A program made the position numbers and the translations under genes. A DNA stretch of 63,757 nucleotides, the filler included, from Octopus bimaculoides (lineage: Eukaryota), in the NCBI RefSeq assembly GCF_001194135.2. It is 6 parts of 4 records of this genome, joined end to end, with 100 filler letters (N's around TTAATTAATTAA, not from the genome) between each part and the next. Parts side by side here need not be neighbours in the genome. Positions count along the whole stretch, not along the records: positions 16,748 to 28,981 come from NC_068981.1; positions 29,082 to 42,211 come from NC_068981.1; 4 more parts are not named here. One strand, 5' to 3'. Shown in pieces: positions 23,560 to 35,035 of the stretch (position 1 is the first letter of the stretch; every line of letters begins with the position of its first letter). The notes below the pieces were generated by a model. That model was given only the letters and a program-made list of their open reading frames with translations. It did not search any database and was not told the DNA's origin.

Positions 23560-23780
23560 GTAAGGTGGCGCGCTGGCAGATTCGTTGGCACGCCGGGTAA
23601 AATGCTTGGCGGCATTTCGTCCGTCTTTACGTTCTGAGTTCAAATTTCACCGAGGTCGACTTTGTCTTTCATCCTTTCAGGGTCAATGAAAAAAGTACCA
23701 GTCAAGCACTGGGGTCGATGTAATCGACTTACCCACTCACCCGAAATACCTGGTCTTGTGTCCAAATTTGAAACCATTAT
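23560..23780 (+). mobile_element. Nin/Deu-like SINE, well preserved
   Basis: taaggtggcgcgctggcagattcgttggcacgccggg...gagttcaaatttcaccgaggtcgactttgtctttcatcctttcagggtcaatg...ggggtcgatgtaatcgact...ccaaatttgaaaccattatt. Confidence 0.88.
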
Positions 23781-24099
23781 TTCGGAGTTGTACTTGTGAA
23801 GCAAGTGACTAAAATATAAGAGCATGCGTCGAAACTGAAGCAACCACGGCGTCAAAGCGTCATTTTAACCACACTCGAAGTATGCTATATTTTCACTTCT
23901 TTTTGTCGCACCTCTGCAACCTTAGTTACTAACACTGCAATAAATGAAAAGTGAATATATTAGTTTTGTGTACTTTAGAAGGCTAAAATGCCTTTTCCAC
24001 GATGCAATTGCTTTATTTGATTCTGAAATAATAAATGGTTCAAGTTTTTGGACAAGGATAACAATTTTGAGGGAGGAAGCAAGTTGATTAAATCTATCT

Positions 24100-24240
24100 C
24101 AGTAATCGAATGGTACTGCATTTTATTGACCCCGAAAGAATGACAAGCAAAAGTGACCTCGGCGGGATTTGAACTCAGAACGTAAAGCTCAAATAAATTT
24201 TGCAACACATTTTGTACGATGCACTAACGATTCGGCATGC
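24100..24240 (-). mobile_element. Nin/Deu-like SINE
   Basis: Reverse complement of the same head and central domain (ttttattgaccccgaaagaatgacaagcaaaagtgacctcggcgggatttgaactc). Confidence 0.8.
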
Positions 24241-25597
24241 TTGCTAGCAAACAGCATTGTTGCTGAGCATTCTATCTATCTTGGTCAATTTAGCACTATA
24301 ATGTCAAAAGTATTTTAATCATTATCTATTTCGGGCTATCCTTCCTTTTAAGAGATATTTGGTTACTAATTCTAACTGATCAGGCCATCTTCGCATTCAA
24401 GATACCTTCTGTACTCATCCACCATCTTTGTATGAATGTTTCTTCCTGGTTGGAATTTTAAAGTTTATTCTACCTGGCTATCTGTATGGCAACAAGGTTG
24501 TGCAAAGTGTCTTACCCTCTTCGTCAGTCTTTGCGTAAACCTTCACTGCAGACTTTTAATTGTCCCCTTTGCCGTGATTATGCATAGCGTATGGATTATG
24601 AAGTAACGGAACTTCATTTTTATCCGATCGGTACACCACATATCTTATTGTTCCAGTAATCATAAATATAAAGCCGAAAGTGTATTTTGGGCTGTGGATC
24701 AGCAGGCTTCTCATCTATGATACGTAGATGTTTTCTTTTTGATACAGAGATGTATTTGCATGGCTAGTGTTATGATATGAGATCGTGTATTGAAACTAAA
24801 ACGATTGCAGCGAAGAAGAAACGAATTATTAGACCATTCAGAAACCCACTAAGACCGTGAACTTCACTTTAGCATTTATCGTTTGTAATACGCTGAAAAA
24901 AAGTTTCGTCACACGAAGCCTCAACACAGTACAAATTGCTCAGTAATCTGGCTGCACTTCGAACGACGAAAATTTTGACACCATGTTGCAAACAGTAAAT
25001 ATTTAAGTGAAATTAATGGTCTTTGTGTATTTCTATACGACTAACGTGCCTTTTCTGCACTGCAATCGTTTCTTTAAAGTAGTCATAATTCATTTTTTTT
25101 CCATCTTATTTTGTTGTGATGTTTTGTAATAGCTAGGTTTTGGAGACAAGGGAAATGTTCATGAAATTCGTAAACCCAACGAAGTTTGAGATTTAGGCTG
25201 CTAAATGCTCCGCTTTATTCACGTAGACGATTGCAGGAAAGTCATATGCACAAAGGGAATTCCCGAGGGGCTATATAATGGGAAACAAAAAAAATGCAGA
25301 GTCTTATGTTTAGAACGAGGGCCGAAGAATAGGAGGGCATTGTACAGCACCGAGCGTATAGAAAGAAAAGACTGGTTGTTATTGTTAGTGCGAGGCCTTG
25401 ATGGCTTGCCATAACATGAGCAATGAGAGAAGGGTCTGTAGTGCCTGAGTGGAGGTTTCGGGGAGAAAATCTAGCTCTGAAGTTACTGAAATGTTAATTC
25501 GCATATATTTCTTCGATGTTTCCGCAGTTCATTACGATATTAAATACACACAGTATAGTTAAAGCAATTATCAGTCAAGATTTAAGAAAAACATTTG

Positions 25598-25702
<105 letters not shown>

Positions 25703-25951
25703 ATATATATGAACTTGCTAATTACTGAAATTAATACAAATTAGCACTTCATGAATAAATATTAGTGCATACGTGTGTTTCTTTTTATAGTACATATATA
25801 AGTTTATTTTTTATGTAATCAAATGTGCATATAATTAGACAAACATGTAGGTAAATGTCCTGCGGCTCTCAAGCATCTGATATTTATTGCATATGGCTCT
25901 TAAATTAAGCATGTTTGACAGTCCTGTATTTACGGGTGAATGTGTGTGTGC

Positions 25952-25999
<48 letters not shown>

Positions 26000-26218
26000 A
26001 ATCCAATACAAGGAAAACAGGCTCCTATTATAATATTTATATTTATATTATATTATATTATATTATATTAAAATAATAATATAATATTATGTTAATAAAT
26101 TAGAATATGTCAATCGTAAATCTCCATTGCTTTTCATATATATATATCAGCATGGCCGCATTCAAATGACCGAAACAAGTAAAATAATAAAAGAATATGC
26201 ACACACACACACAAGCAC

Positions 26219-26295
<77 letters not shown>

Positions 26296-26304
26296 CATAT
26301 AAAA

Positions 26305-26495
26305 AGGAGCACCCCGTCGGTTACGACAACGAGGGTCCCAGCTGATACGATCAACGGAACAGCTTGCTTGTGAAATTAACGTGCAAGTAGCTGAGTACTC
26401 CACAGACACGTGTACCCTTAACGTTGTTCTCAGGGATATTCAGCATGACACAGAGTGTGACAAAGCTGACCCTTTGAAATACAGGTACTACTCAT
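26305..26495 (-). mobile_element. 3' half of third SINE family
   Basis: Reverse complement aligns with 21545-21729. Confidence 0.8.
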
Positions 26496-26599
26496 TTTTG
26501 CTGAAAGCGATATTAAGAGATCAAGAAATTTATTGATCAATGCATGAAATTCACCCCGTTCTATTACAAAATTAGGAATAATTTTGACAAGATGGCAAG

Positions 26600-26975
26600 C
26601 GATAAGGCATAGCTGTGTGGTAAAGAGCTTGCTTCCCAACCACATGGTCCTGGTTTCAGTCCCACTGAGTAGCACCATGATAGCCTCTGGCCGACCAGAG
26701 CATTGTGAGTGGATTTGGTAGTGGGAAACTGAAAGAATCCCATCATGTGTGTGTGTGTGTGTGTGTGTGTGAGTGTGTGTATCTTTGTGTCTGTGCTTCT
26801 GCACCACCACCGTTGACAACGGGTGGTGGTGTGTTTTTGTCCCCGTAAACCGTAAACTAGCAGTTCGTCGAAAGAGACCGAGATAATAAGTACTGAAGTC
26901 GGTTCCTTCAACTAAGAATTCGCCAAGGTGGTGCCCCAACATGGCCGCAGTCTTATGACGAACAAGTAAAAGATA
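26600..26975 (+). mobile_element. CORE-like SINE, complete with internal (TG)n
   Basis: Head, CORE-like remnant, (TG)n, ttgacaac.g..ggtggtgtgttt..gtccccgtaa, tail ggtggtgccccaacatggccgcagtc. Confidence 0.82.
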
Positions 26976-27084
26976 ATATATATATATATATATAAAGATT
27001 GATAGATAGATAGATATAAATATGCGCGTGCGTATATGCATATGTACAGAGAAAGCGGAAGAGAGAGAAACGCCTGTGTCTAGT

Positions 27085-27152
<68 letters not shown>

Positions 27153-27982
27153 GCGCGCACACACACACACGCACACTTAACTATATTCGACCGAGTCATG
27201 TAGAAATAGCTTTGTGGGTAGCATTGCATGTCATGTTGCTGCAGTTTACTCAACTAAAATGAGCTCTGGTCTGTTGGTGCAGCACTCTCTCCCGTCTGCC
27301 TTCGTATCCTGAATAATCTGCAATACATATGCACCTAAAATATTTAGTTAAACCATGCAACATGGTGCTGCTAGACTCGATTGTAGTGATAGATGACGTT
27401 ATATTCTTTTACTTGTTTCAGTCATTTGATTACAGCCATGCTGAAGCACTGCCTTAAAGGATTTTAGTCGAAGAACTCGACCACAAAACTTATTTTTTGT
27501 TAGCCTATCTGTTCCTTTTGCCCAAGGTGCCAAGGTTTCACTTGCCTAAGGTGCCAAGCAAATGGCATTGAACCTGGAACCATGTGGTTGGAAAGCAAGC
27601 TACTTGCAACCACACATATGTGTGTGGTTGCAATGGTCTATTGTGGTTCATCACGCAATTTCACCAGCTACATCCAATGTAGAAGTTACAAATAACCACA
27701 AAGGTGAAGCGTAAGTCGGGAACGAATGTTATAGTCATGTGTTTATCATATTTACCGCCTACATTTGCTCTGTATATTATATCCAGTAATACTACTAAAT
27801 ATAGTCGTTACCACACTGAAAGCAGACTGAACGACAATACTCTACTAAGAGTTCAAAACGTAACAGCAGCAGTCATATATAAAAATTATTACGATAAATT
27901 CTTCCTACGACATTAAGCGACACAAAGTCCACACACAAACACACACACACATACGCACATACACGTGCTATTATTACACACA

Positions 27983-28017
<35 letters not shown>

Positions 28018-28190
28018 ACCTGCGCGCACGCACATAACCACAAATACACACACATATCTCCTCTTGCACTCTCCTGTCCTAGAAAGAACTTTTTCTTCAC
28101 CCATTCCCTTACGGTCATATCAAAATGTAACCACGTGTGTATCGTTGGCGATTTACTTCCTCCGTCTTCCCTTACTTTGGACTTTCCTCT

Positions 28191-28225
28191 ATTTCTGAAG
28201 AAGAGCTTGGCTCGAAACGTTAAAT
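28191..28225 (+). ncRNA. Minimal type I hammerhead ribozyme motif (Penelope-type)
   Basis: ATTT-CTGAAGA-A-GAGC TTG GCTC-GAAA-CG-T-T-AAAT: core CUGANGA and GAAA, stem II GAGC/GCTC, palindromic ACGT stem III, stem I ATTT/AAAT. Confidence 0.55.
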
Positions 28226-28329
28226 CCGCTTTTCTTCCTTTCCTGAGCATCTGATAATACAGTACTTGTACCANNNNNNNNNNATATATATATAAACAAT
28301 ATATGAGTATATGCATATATATGTACATG

Positions 28330-28730
28330 TATGTATATACCTTCATCCACATGTACATATAGATACATAACTGGGTATATAACGTGGCAAAAGAACATGG
28401 ACAAAATGGTAAACAAGGTGCAACAAATAAGCAGGCCACATAGAAACATCCCCTTCATCAGCTGCCACCATCAAAACCCCGGCGTTTCGAAGAATTAAGG
28501 CAGTACGCATCATTAAAATGGTTCTTCCCACGAACACAAATTAAATTGTTTTCGTGGAGGGTAGTGGCGGATGGAAAACAAAACAGGAAAACGAAACGGT
28601 GAAATAAACGAACAAAAAGGCGGTGCAGTCAGACGTGAAGTGTGTATGTATTGAACTCAGTGAGGCACGAACTGGAGAATCAAAGAAGTACGTGCGAGCT
28701 TGAGGAGTCCAAGAACAAAAATGAGCAGCG
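28330..28730 (-). mobile_element. Decayed Penelope-like 3' end / terminal repeat
   Basis: Minus strand shows a degenerate hammerhead-like stretch (aatgatgcgtac...cttcgaaacg, 28483-28515), a ctgatgaagggg motif and a weak ORF-end remnant (LQFVPH). Confidence 0.35.
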
Positions 28731-31066
28731 AGAGGTAGAGAGGGAGAGAGATAGTAGTTGTAACAGTGAGAGGGGAAGGACGAGCAGCGAGAGATAGAGA
28801 GAGAGATAGTAGTGACAGGGAGAGGCAAAGAACAGTAGAGGGAAGAATGAGAGGGGGAGATAGATATAGAGATAGAGAGAGTCGCGTTAGAAAAATAGTT
28901 AAAACTTACTGTATAAAGGTCAACGCGTGCGTTCTGTCGTGATACAAACAATATATGAGTATATGCATATATATGTTCATGNNNNNNNNNNNNNNNNNNN
29001 NNNNNNNNNNNNNNNNNNNNNNNNNTTAATTAATTAANNNNNNNNNNNNNNNNNNNNNNNNNNNNNNNNNNNNNNNNNNNNTGCATGAGCACGCGCTATT
29101 CTGTTCTTTTTTCTCTTCTGGCATCTGAAGCCTCGGGAAATGCTTGTCAAAAGAACAAGACAAGCGTTCCAAAATTATGTTTCTCGACATTTTTCAAATG
29201 TCAAGAAGGAAATTTTTGTATTTTTTAGGGCCGAAACTGCCCCTGGGGGTCAATTCCTGCCCTTGAAAATACACACAAATGAAGCCTAGGTGCTTCGCAA
29301 CAAAATTATTTAAAAATTCCAACAAAATGTGGACAGTAAAAGGTCAAATAAACGTTTACCTTCGCAGCCGATGTGACAGCACGTCCGTGAGAAGAGATAG
29401 ATAGATAGATAGATCGATAGATAGATAGATAGATAGATAGATTGTCTCTGTTGGTTTATGTTGACCATACACCTACACACTGGCCTGAACAAGACTCTTT
29501 TAGGAAGACTGCTAGTTGCCCATGAATGGAAATGTCCTCTCACCACATCACAACTGCTAACTTAGGCTGATAGAGTTTCTCGCCTGGCTAAAAGAACGCA
29601 AAATGACAGAAGAAAAATTTGCAAGGCTTGAAGCGCAGCCATCTAACAGTTCCCACAATTCATCACGCTGGACTGGAACATTCTCATTGAATGGATGAAA
29701 GGTAAATTTTACCCCGAACAGATCTGAACTCAGAGTGCAGAAACCCCGACAGATCTGAAGTCGGAGTGCAGAGATTCAGAACAAATACAGCAGCCCTAAC
29801 GACTCATGCATTTTGTTGCTTCAGCAGTTTATGGTTGCATCGATTCTTACTAACATTATTTGCAATGAACGTTTCGAAAGTTATTATTAGGAAATTTTGA
29901 AATTTCTCAGTGAAATAAGAATTTTCTTAGGAAATAAGAGGAAATTTCACATAAAACAATAAAACTTATTTAATCTTTCATTGAATGGCATCTCTACGAA
30001 AAGTAGCAAACTTAGTTATCGTTCAAGAAAATGTGTGGTGGTATGTCGTAGGAATGTATCATAGCTGTCTTCAAAACTAAATGCTTGCAATACTGAATTG
30101 GTGCAATGAAGTAATGTTCAGCCATTCTAGAAATAATGTTGTTCTTGAAATATTCTAAAGCAATAGAAGATCGTGAAGTAATAATTATTCTCTTTAATTG
30201 TTTTGCTATATTTGGAACATAACTGCATTGAAAGAAAGAGTCCATGACAAGAATAATATTTTTGGTATAATAGTAAATAAGATCATAAATAAATAATTAT
30301 CAATGTTGGTATTATTGTTATAGTTCTCAAAGGAAATATTTATCTGACGTTTGTTTTGTTATTTTTAACGATAGTTTTATTACTTTATACTCTCATTCTT
30401 TTTTTCTCTTATTACAAAAGATTACTATATTCCTAAATAATTACTATTGATATGTTGTTTTTGCTATCAAACGGTTTCTATAATTGTTTTGTTTTCTGGG
30501 ATGCTTTTCATATTCATTGTAAATTATTATTGATCACCTGCAATATATTATGTCTTGCTCTGGACACATTGTACGGTTAAATACTTCTTCAATATTTGAA
30601 ACTATTGTAAAGTCACGGAATCAAAACTAAATGTGAAATTTAGAAATAAATGCAATAAACAAACATATTGCGTATTGAATTGGGTACAAAGTTGAGACGA
30701 AAATTTATTTAATAACTTATTTTAAAATGTTGAAACTATTCACACCAAACATTGCGTAGCTTTTGAGATTGTACCATCCTTGAGATGTAGACGTTAAGTA
30801 TGATACTTAGATGGCTACTTTCAGAAACGTTTATCTAACTGATGGCGGCGGTATATTACTAAAATCAGCAACTATACTGTACATTGTAGTAATTCTTCTG
30901 ATATGTTTTTCATATGTTTCAGGCCATCTAAACTTAGTGTAAAATTAGAAGAATATTTTGGTATTTTGTCAGGATTTATGTTTACGTTGTTGGAAGGTAG
31001 CAGGAAAGCAACTTGACATATACTTTGATGCACATAGATACATTTAACATATATATGAAGTGGAGT

Positions 31067-31097
<31 letters not shown>

Positions 31098-31509
31098 NNN
31101 NNNNNNNNNNNNNNNNNNNNNNNNNNNNNNNNNNNNNNNNNNNNNNNNNNNNNNNNNNNNNNNNNNNNNNNNNNNNNNNNNNNNNNNNNNNNNNNNNNNN
31201 NNNNNNNNNNNNNNNNNNNNNNNNNNNNNNNNNNNNNNNNNNNNNNNNNNNNNNNNNNNNNNNNNNNNNNNNNNNNNNNNNNNNNNNNNNNNNNNNNNNN
31301 NNNNNNNNNNNNNNNNNNNNNNNNNNNNNNNNNNNNNNNNNNNNNNNNNNNNNNNNNNNNNNNNNNNNNNNNNNNNNNNNNNNNNNNNNNNNNNNNNNNN
31401 NNNNNNNNNNNNNNNNNNNNNNNNNNNNNNNNNNNNNNNNNNNNNNNNNNNNNNNNNNNNNNNNNNNNNNNNNNNNNNNNNNNNNNNNNNNNNNNNNNNN
31501 NNNNNNNNN

Positions 31510-31556
<47 letters not shown>

Positions 31557-33575
31557 TATATTTATGTGTGTACATACATACATACATACATACATGCATG
31601 CATACATACATGCATACATACATACATACATACATACATACATACATACATACATACATACATACATACTCTCTACAACTACAGCGTCAGTTTACTTCCT
31701 GTTATTGGCATTTATTGTATTGAACTGGAATGGTGTTCCGGTGAAGAGAATCGTACTTCTTTGAACATGAATGAGACTGCGTATGGAAAGATATTAAACA
31801 CAGTTTATAAGTAAATCCTTCGTATGCTGAGGCAACGTCGATTACTTTTAATTGATAGCAGAATACACTTCCATTCACTAAATGCGGCCAGTTTTTATAA
31901 ATTTAAATAGCTTTCTAAGAAGATCCCAATTCTTTTATGATACATCCTGCTCTAGGAAAACTGTAGATAATATAATAATGTGAATAAGATACACAACTAA
32001 AGGCGTTTTTTTCAGATTCTTTTATTGCTGCAGCCTACACAGTCCCTTCGAAAACGTTGAAACAGATTCTGTTAATGTATCACTTTAACGGTATAAGTAG
32101 GCGAACGTAGATATAGACATCAGCAAGAAGAGAAATGATGAAGGTCGACGTTCGGTGAAGTAAGGACTAGACAGAGAGGCTTTAATGCAGCGACTTGGTA
32201 GTCCGAATCGGATGACTGATGAAAGAAGGAAATAGGAGTAGCATGATACAAACCAACCCCGAAGAACGGATGTAGTAGAGGTAGAAAATATAGGGAGAGA
32301 GGACAGCACGTCTGTTGACCAGAAGATGCAAGATGGCAGTGAAGAATTTATGCCAAAAAGTCATGTGATCTTTTGTGTAGATACGTTCTTCCGATATCTC
32401 AGTATATGGCAACAGCACCGCCCCATATGTAAGATTGTTTATACTAACACGAATCTTACCTGAGTTTAGTAAAGGTCAGAATTTATTGGAGGATAACGTA
32501 TTAGAAGAGAAGACTTACATTTTTAGATGCAGTCCAAGCTATGTTAATAACGAGCGTCTGTCATGTGAGACCCATCATACTGCTCGGGCCTAGAAATTAA
32601 GGAGGTCTAGATTTTACTTGCGTGGTGCTCATATTTAAGTGGTTTTAGGTGTAGTGATGCTTTCTTCCCTTGAGCAGTTTTTTTTAGAGGGCAGGGTCAT
32701 CAATTGAGAAAAGTTGGCATCACCCCATTGGAGTAAAACTATACCCCGGTGTCTTTGAAACAAGCTAGGCTATATTTGATAAATTTGGGACTTAACTACA
32801 ATGTTTTGAATTAAAAAGAAAAATATTTATTGCTGGAACACCTTTGAATATGAGTCTGTTTGATCATTGTGAACTTGGAGTTAAATAGCATAATTTATCA
32901 TTCACAACCGAAAGTAATGAGAGACCCTGAAGATGCCCGCTCGACATGCTGTGTTCGCTCAACAAATAATATGTCAACAAGCTAAATCGTTATATCATAC
33001 ACACACACAAACACACACACACACGCACACTAACATACATACACACACATACGCATGCACACAAATACACACATACACATAGAATGTATGCTCTTAAAAG
33101 AGGTTTAGGTAATGCAATCCTATGTAGCAGTAAGTACACTAAATGATTATAGCTGAACGTCTTTGATCTCATGCATGCTCGATTGGGACTAACTTAAGGT
33201 TAAGCAGTGTCTCAAGACTTGTATTAGGTTAGTCATTACAAAGTGTCAAAATGTCACTCTTCGTCTATATATTTCTATATATAAAAGTTATCATACTTCA
33301 AACATCTTAACTTTAATACAATAAATTAATTTTGAGAAAATAAAAACAACAGAGACGAGATGATTTCGAGAAGACTGTGGCCTATCTGTGTGCATATGTG
33401 TATGTGTGTGTGTGTTTGTGTGTGTTGTGTATGTGTATGTGTTATGTACGTGTGTGAATTGGTGCTTGTGAACGTATGTACATGATATGTGTGGGTATGT
33501 GTATATGTATTCATATACGTTTGTGTATGCGTGTATATGTGTGTGCTTTTGTGTGTGTGTGTGTATATGTGTGTG

Positions 33576-33628
<53 letters not shown>

Positions 33629-33964
33629 ATTGCCTTGTCACTGACATACAGTTCATTAGGTTGTGACGTTTCTCTTTCTTTGAGCTTTGCAAATAAATAA
33701 ACCGTTTAATGTTTAATGTAAAAAAATTAATATTGAAATTAGAAAGAAAAATGTTTTGACAACAAAGTTTTGACTACCGAACGGACAGTTCGAGAGTAAC
33801 CAAGCGAAAGACAACACGCTGTCAGACAACTGAACTTCAGGACAATTGAATGACATGTTGACCGGGTATCAACTAACTTAATCATTACTCCGTAGCATGT
33901 ATAATTGTTCGTTTTTGTTATTAGATTATTGTAATTTCCCAAACGAGAAACCCCTATCTTTTAT

Positions 33965-34275
33965 CTTTTATCTTTCATATGTTTCAGTCATTTAACTGCG
34001 GCCATGATGAAGCACCACCTTGAAGGGTTTTAGTCGAATAAATCGACCCCAGGATTTATTTTACTTTTTTTTTAAGTTACGGGAACCGCTAAGTTATCGG
34101 AACATAAATACAGACACGAAAATACTCACACACACACACATACACACACACATATATTTCAGTTTCCGTCAACCAAATCCACTCACAAGGCTTTGGTCAG
34201 CACGCAATCGGACTGGACCCCGAACCATGTGGTTTGAAAGCAAACTTCTTAACTCACAGCCACACCTACGCCTAT
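33965..34275 (-). mobile_element. CORE-like SINE
   Basis: Tail (tgtttcagtcatttaactgcggccatg) through head (cgaaccatgtggtttgaaagcaaacttcttaactcacagccacaccta) on the minus strand. Confidence 0.82.
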
Positions 34276-34821
34276 GATAAAAACATTAGTAACGACTAAT
34301 GAGTTTCTTTTCTCCTTTTTTCTTCAAGAAACATTTTGTCTCAAACAAGTTGATCCGAATCTAAAATAACAATATTTTCCATTAGCTAAATACAAACGAG
34401 TCAGTCACTTTAACCGTTTGTCATCCAAGTAACTTCCTGTTGTCCTGTCATGTATGTGATACTGAACTCTTCGGAATACTCAATATATCGTATTTATTCT
34501 ATTTTGATTTATTCCTCATACATTAAATCAAAAGTCCAGCATTCGTTTTTGCAAATGTGTTCAATGTCTATGTGGATATGCATTCATTATGCTTTAAAGT
34601 AGAAGTGTGTGCTTAATGTTAATTTAGTGCTCCATTCCATTCTCATTAACTTGATGCGTGTCAGGTAAGCTGGGTAAACATTTTAGATATGTTAGAAGTT
34701 AAACATCTAAAATAAAATGCAACTTCATATATTTGGATAGCACTCATACCACAAATGCCAGCAAGCTGCTACATAAAATTCGCTTGAACGTTTACAGTGA
34801 TATGCTTGCACGTAATTCGAA

Positions 34822-35035
34822 TCGGCGAGCTAGCAGAATAGTTACCGCCATGGACAAAATGCTTGGCGACATTTCTTCTGACTTTACGTTCTGTGTTCAA
34901 ATTCTACCGAGGTTGACTTTACCCTTCATACTTTGGGCTCGATAAAGTAAGTACCGGTTGAGCACTGAGCTTGTTGTAATCGACTTACCTTCTCCCATGA
35001 AATTGCGGGCCTTGTATCAAAATTTGAAATCAACA
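34822..35035 (+). mobile_element. Nin/Deu-like SINE
   Basis: ggcgagctagcagaat...gttcaaattctaccgaggttgactttacccttcat...caaaatttgaaatc. Confidence 0.82.

Noticed and set aside
24517-24546. 30-nt minus-strand microexon (KVYAKTDEE) with G|GTAAGA donor
   Set aside because: Acceptor lacks a polypyrimidine tract; too short to distinguish from chance.
30012-30245. 77-aa minus ORF in AT-rich unique DNA
   Set aside because: No motif, no convincing splice sites; length within chance expectation.
31696-31811. Open plus frame VSLLPVIGIYCIELEW... ending at a GTAAAT donor
   Set aside because: Acceptor derives from a (CATA)n microsatellite edge; peptide unrecognised; chance cannot be excluded.
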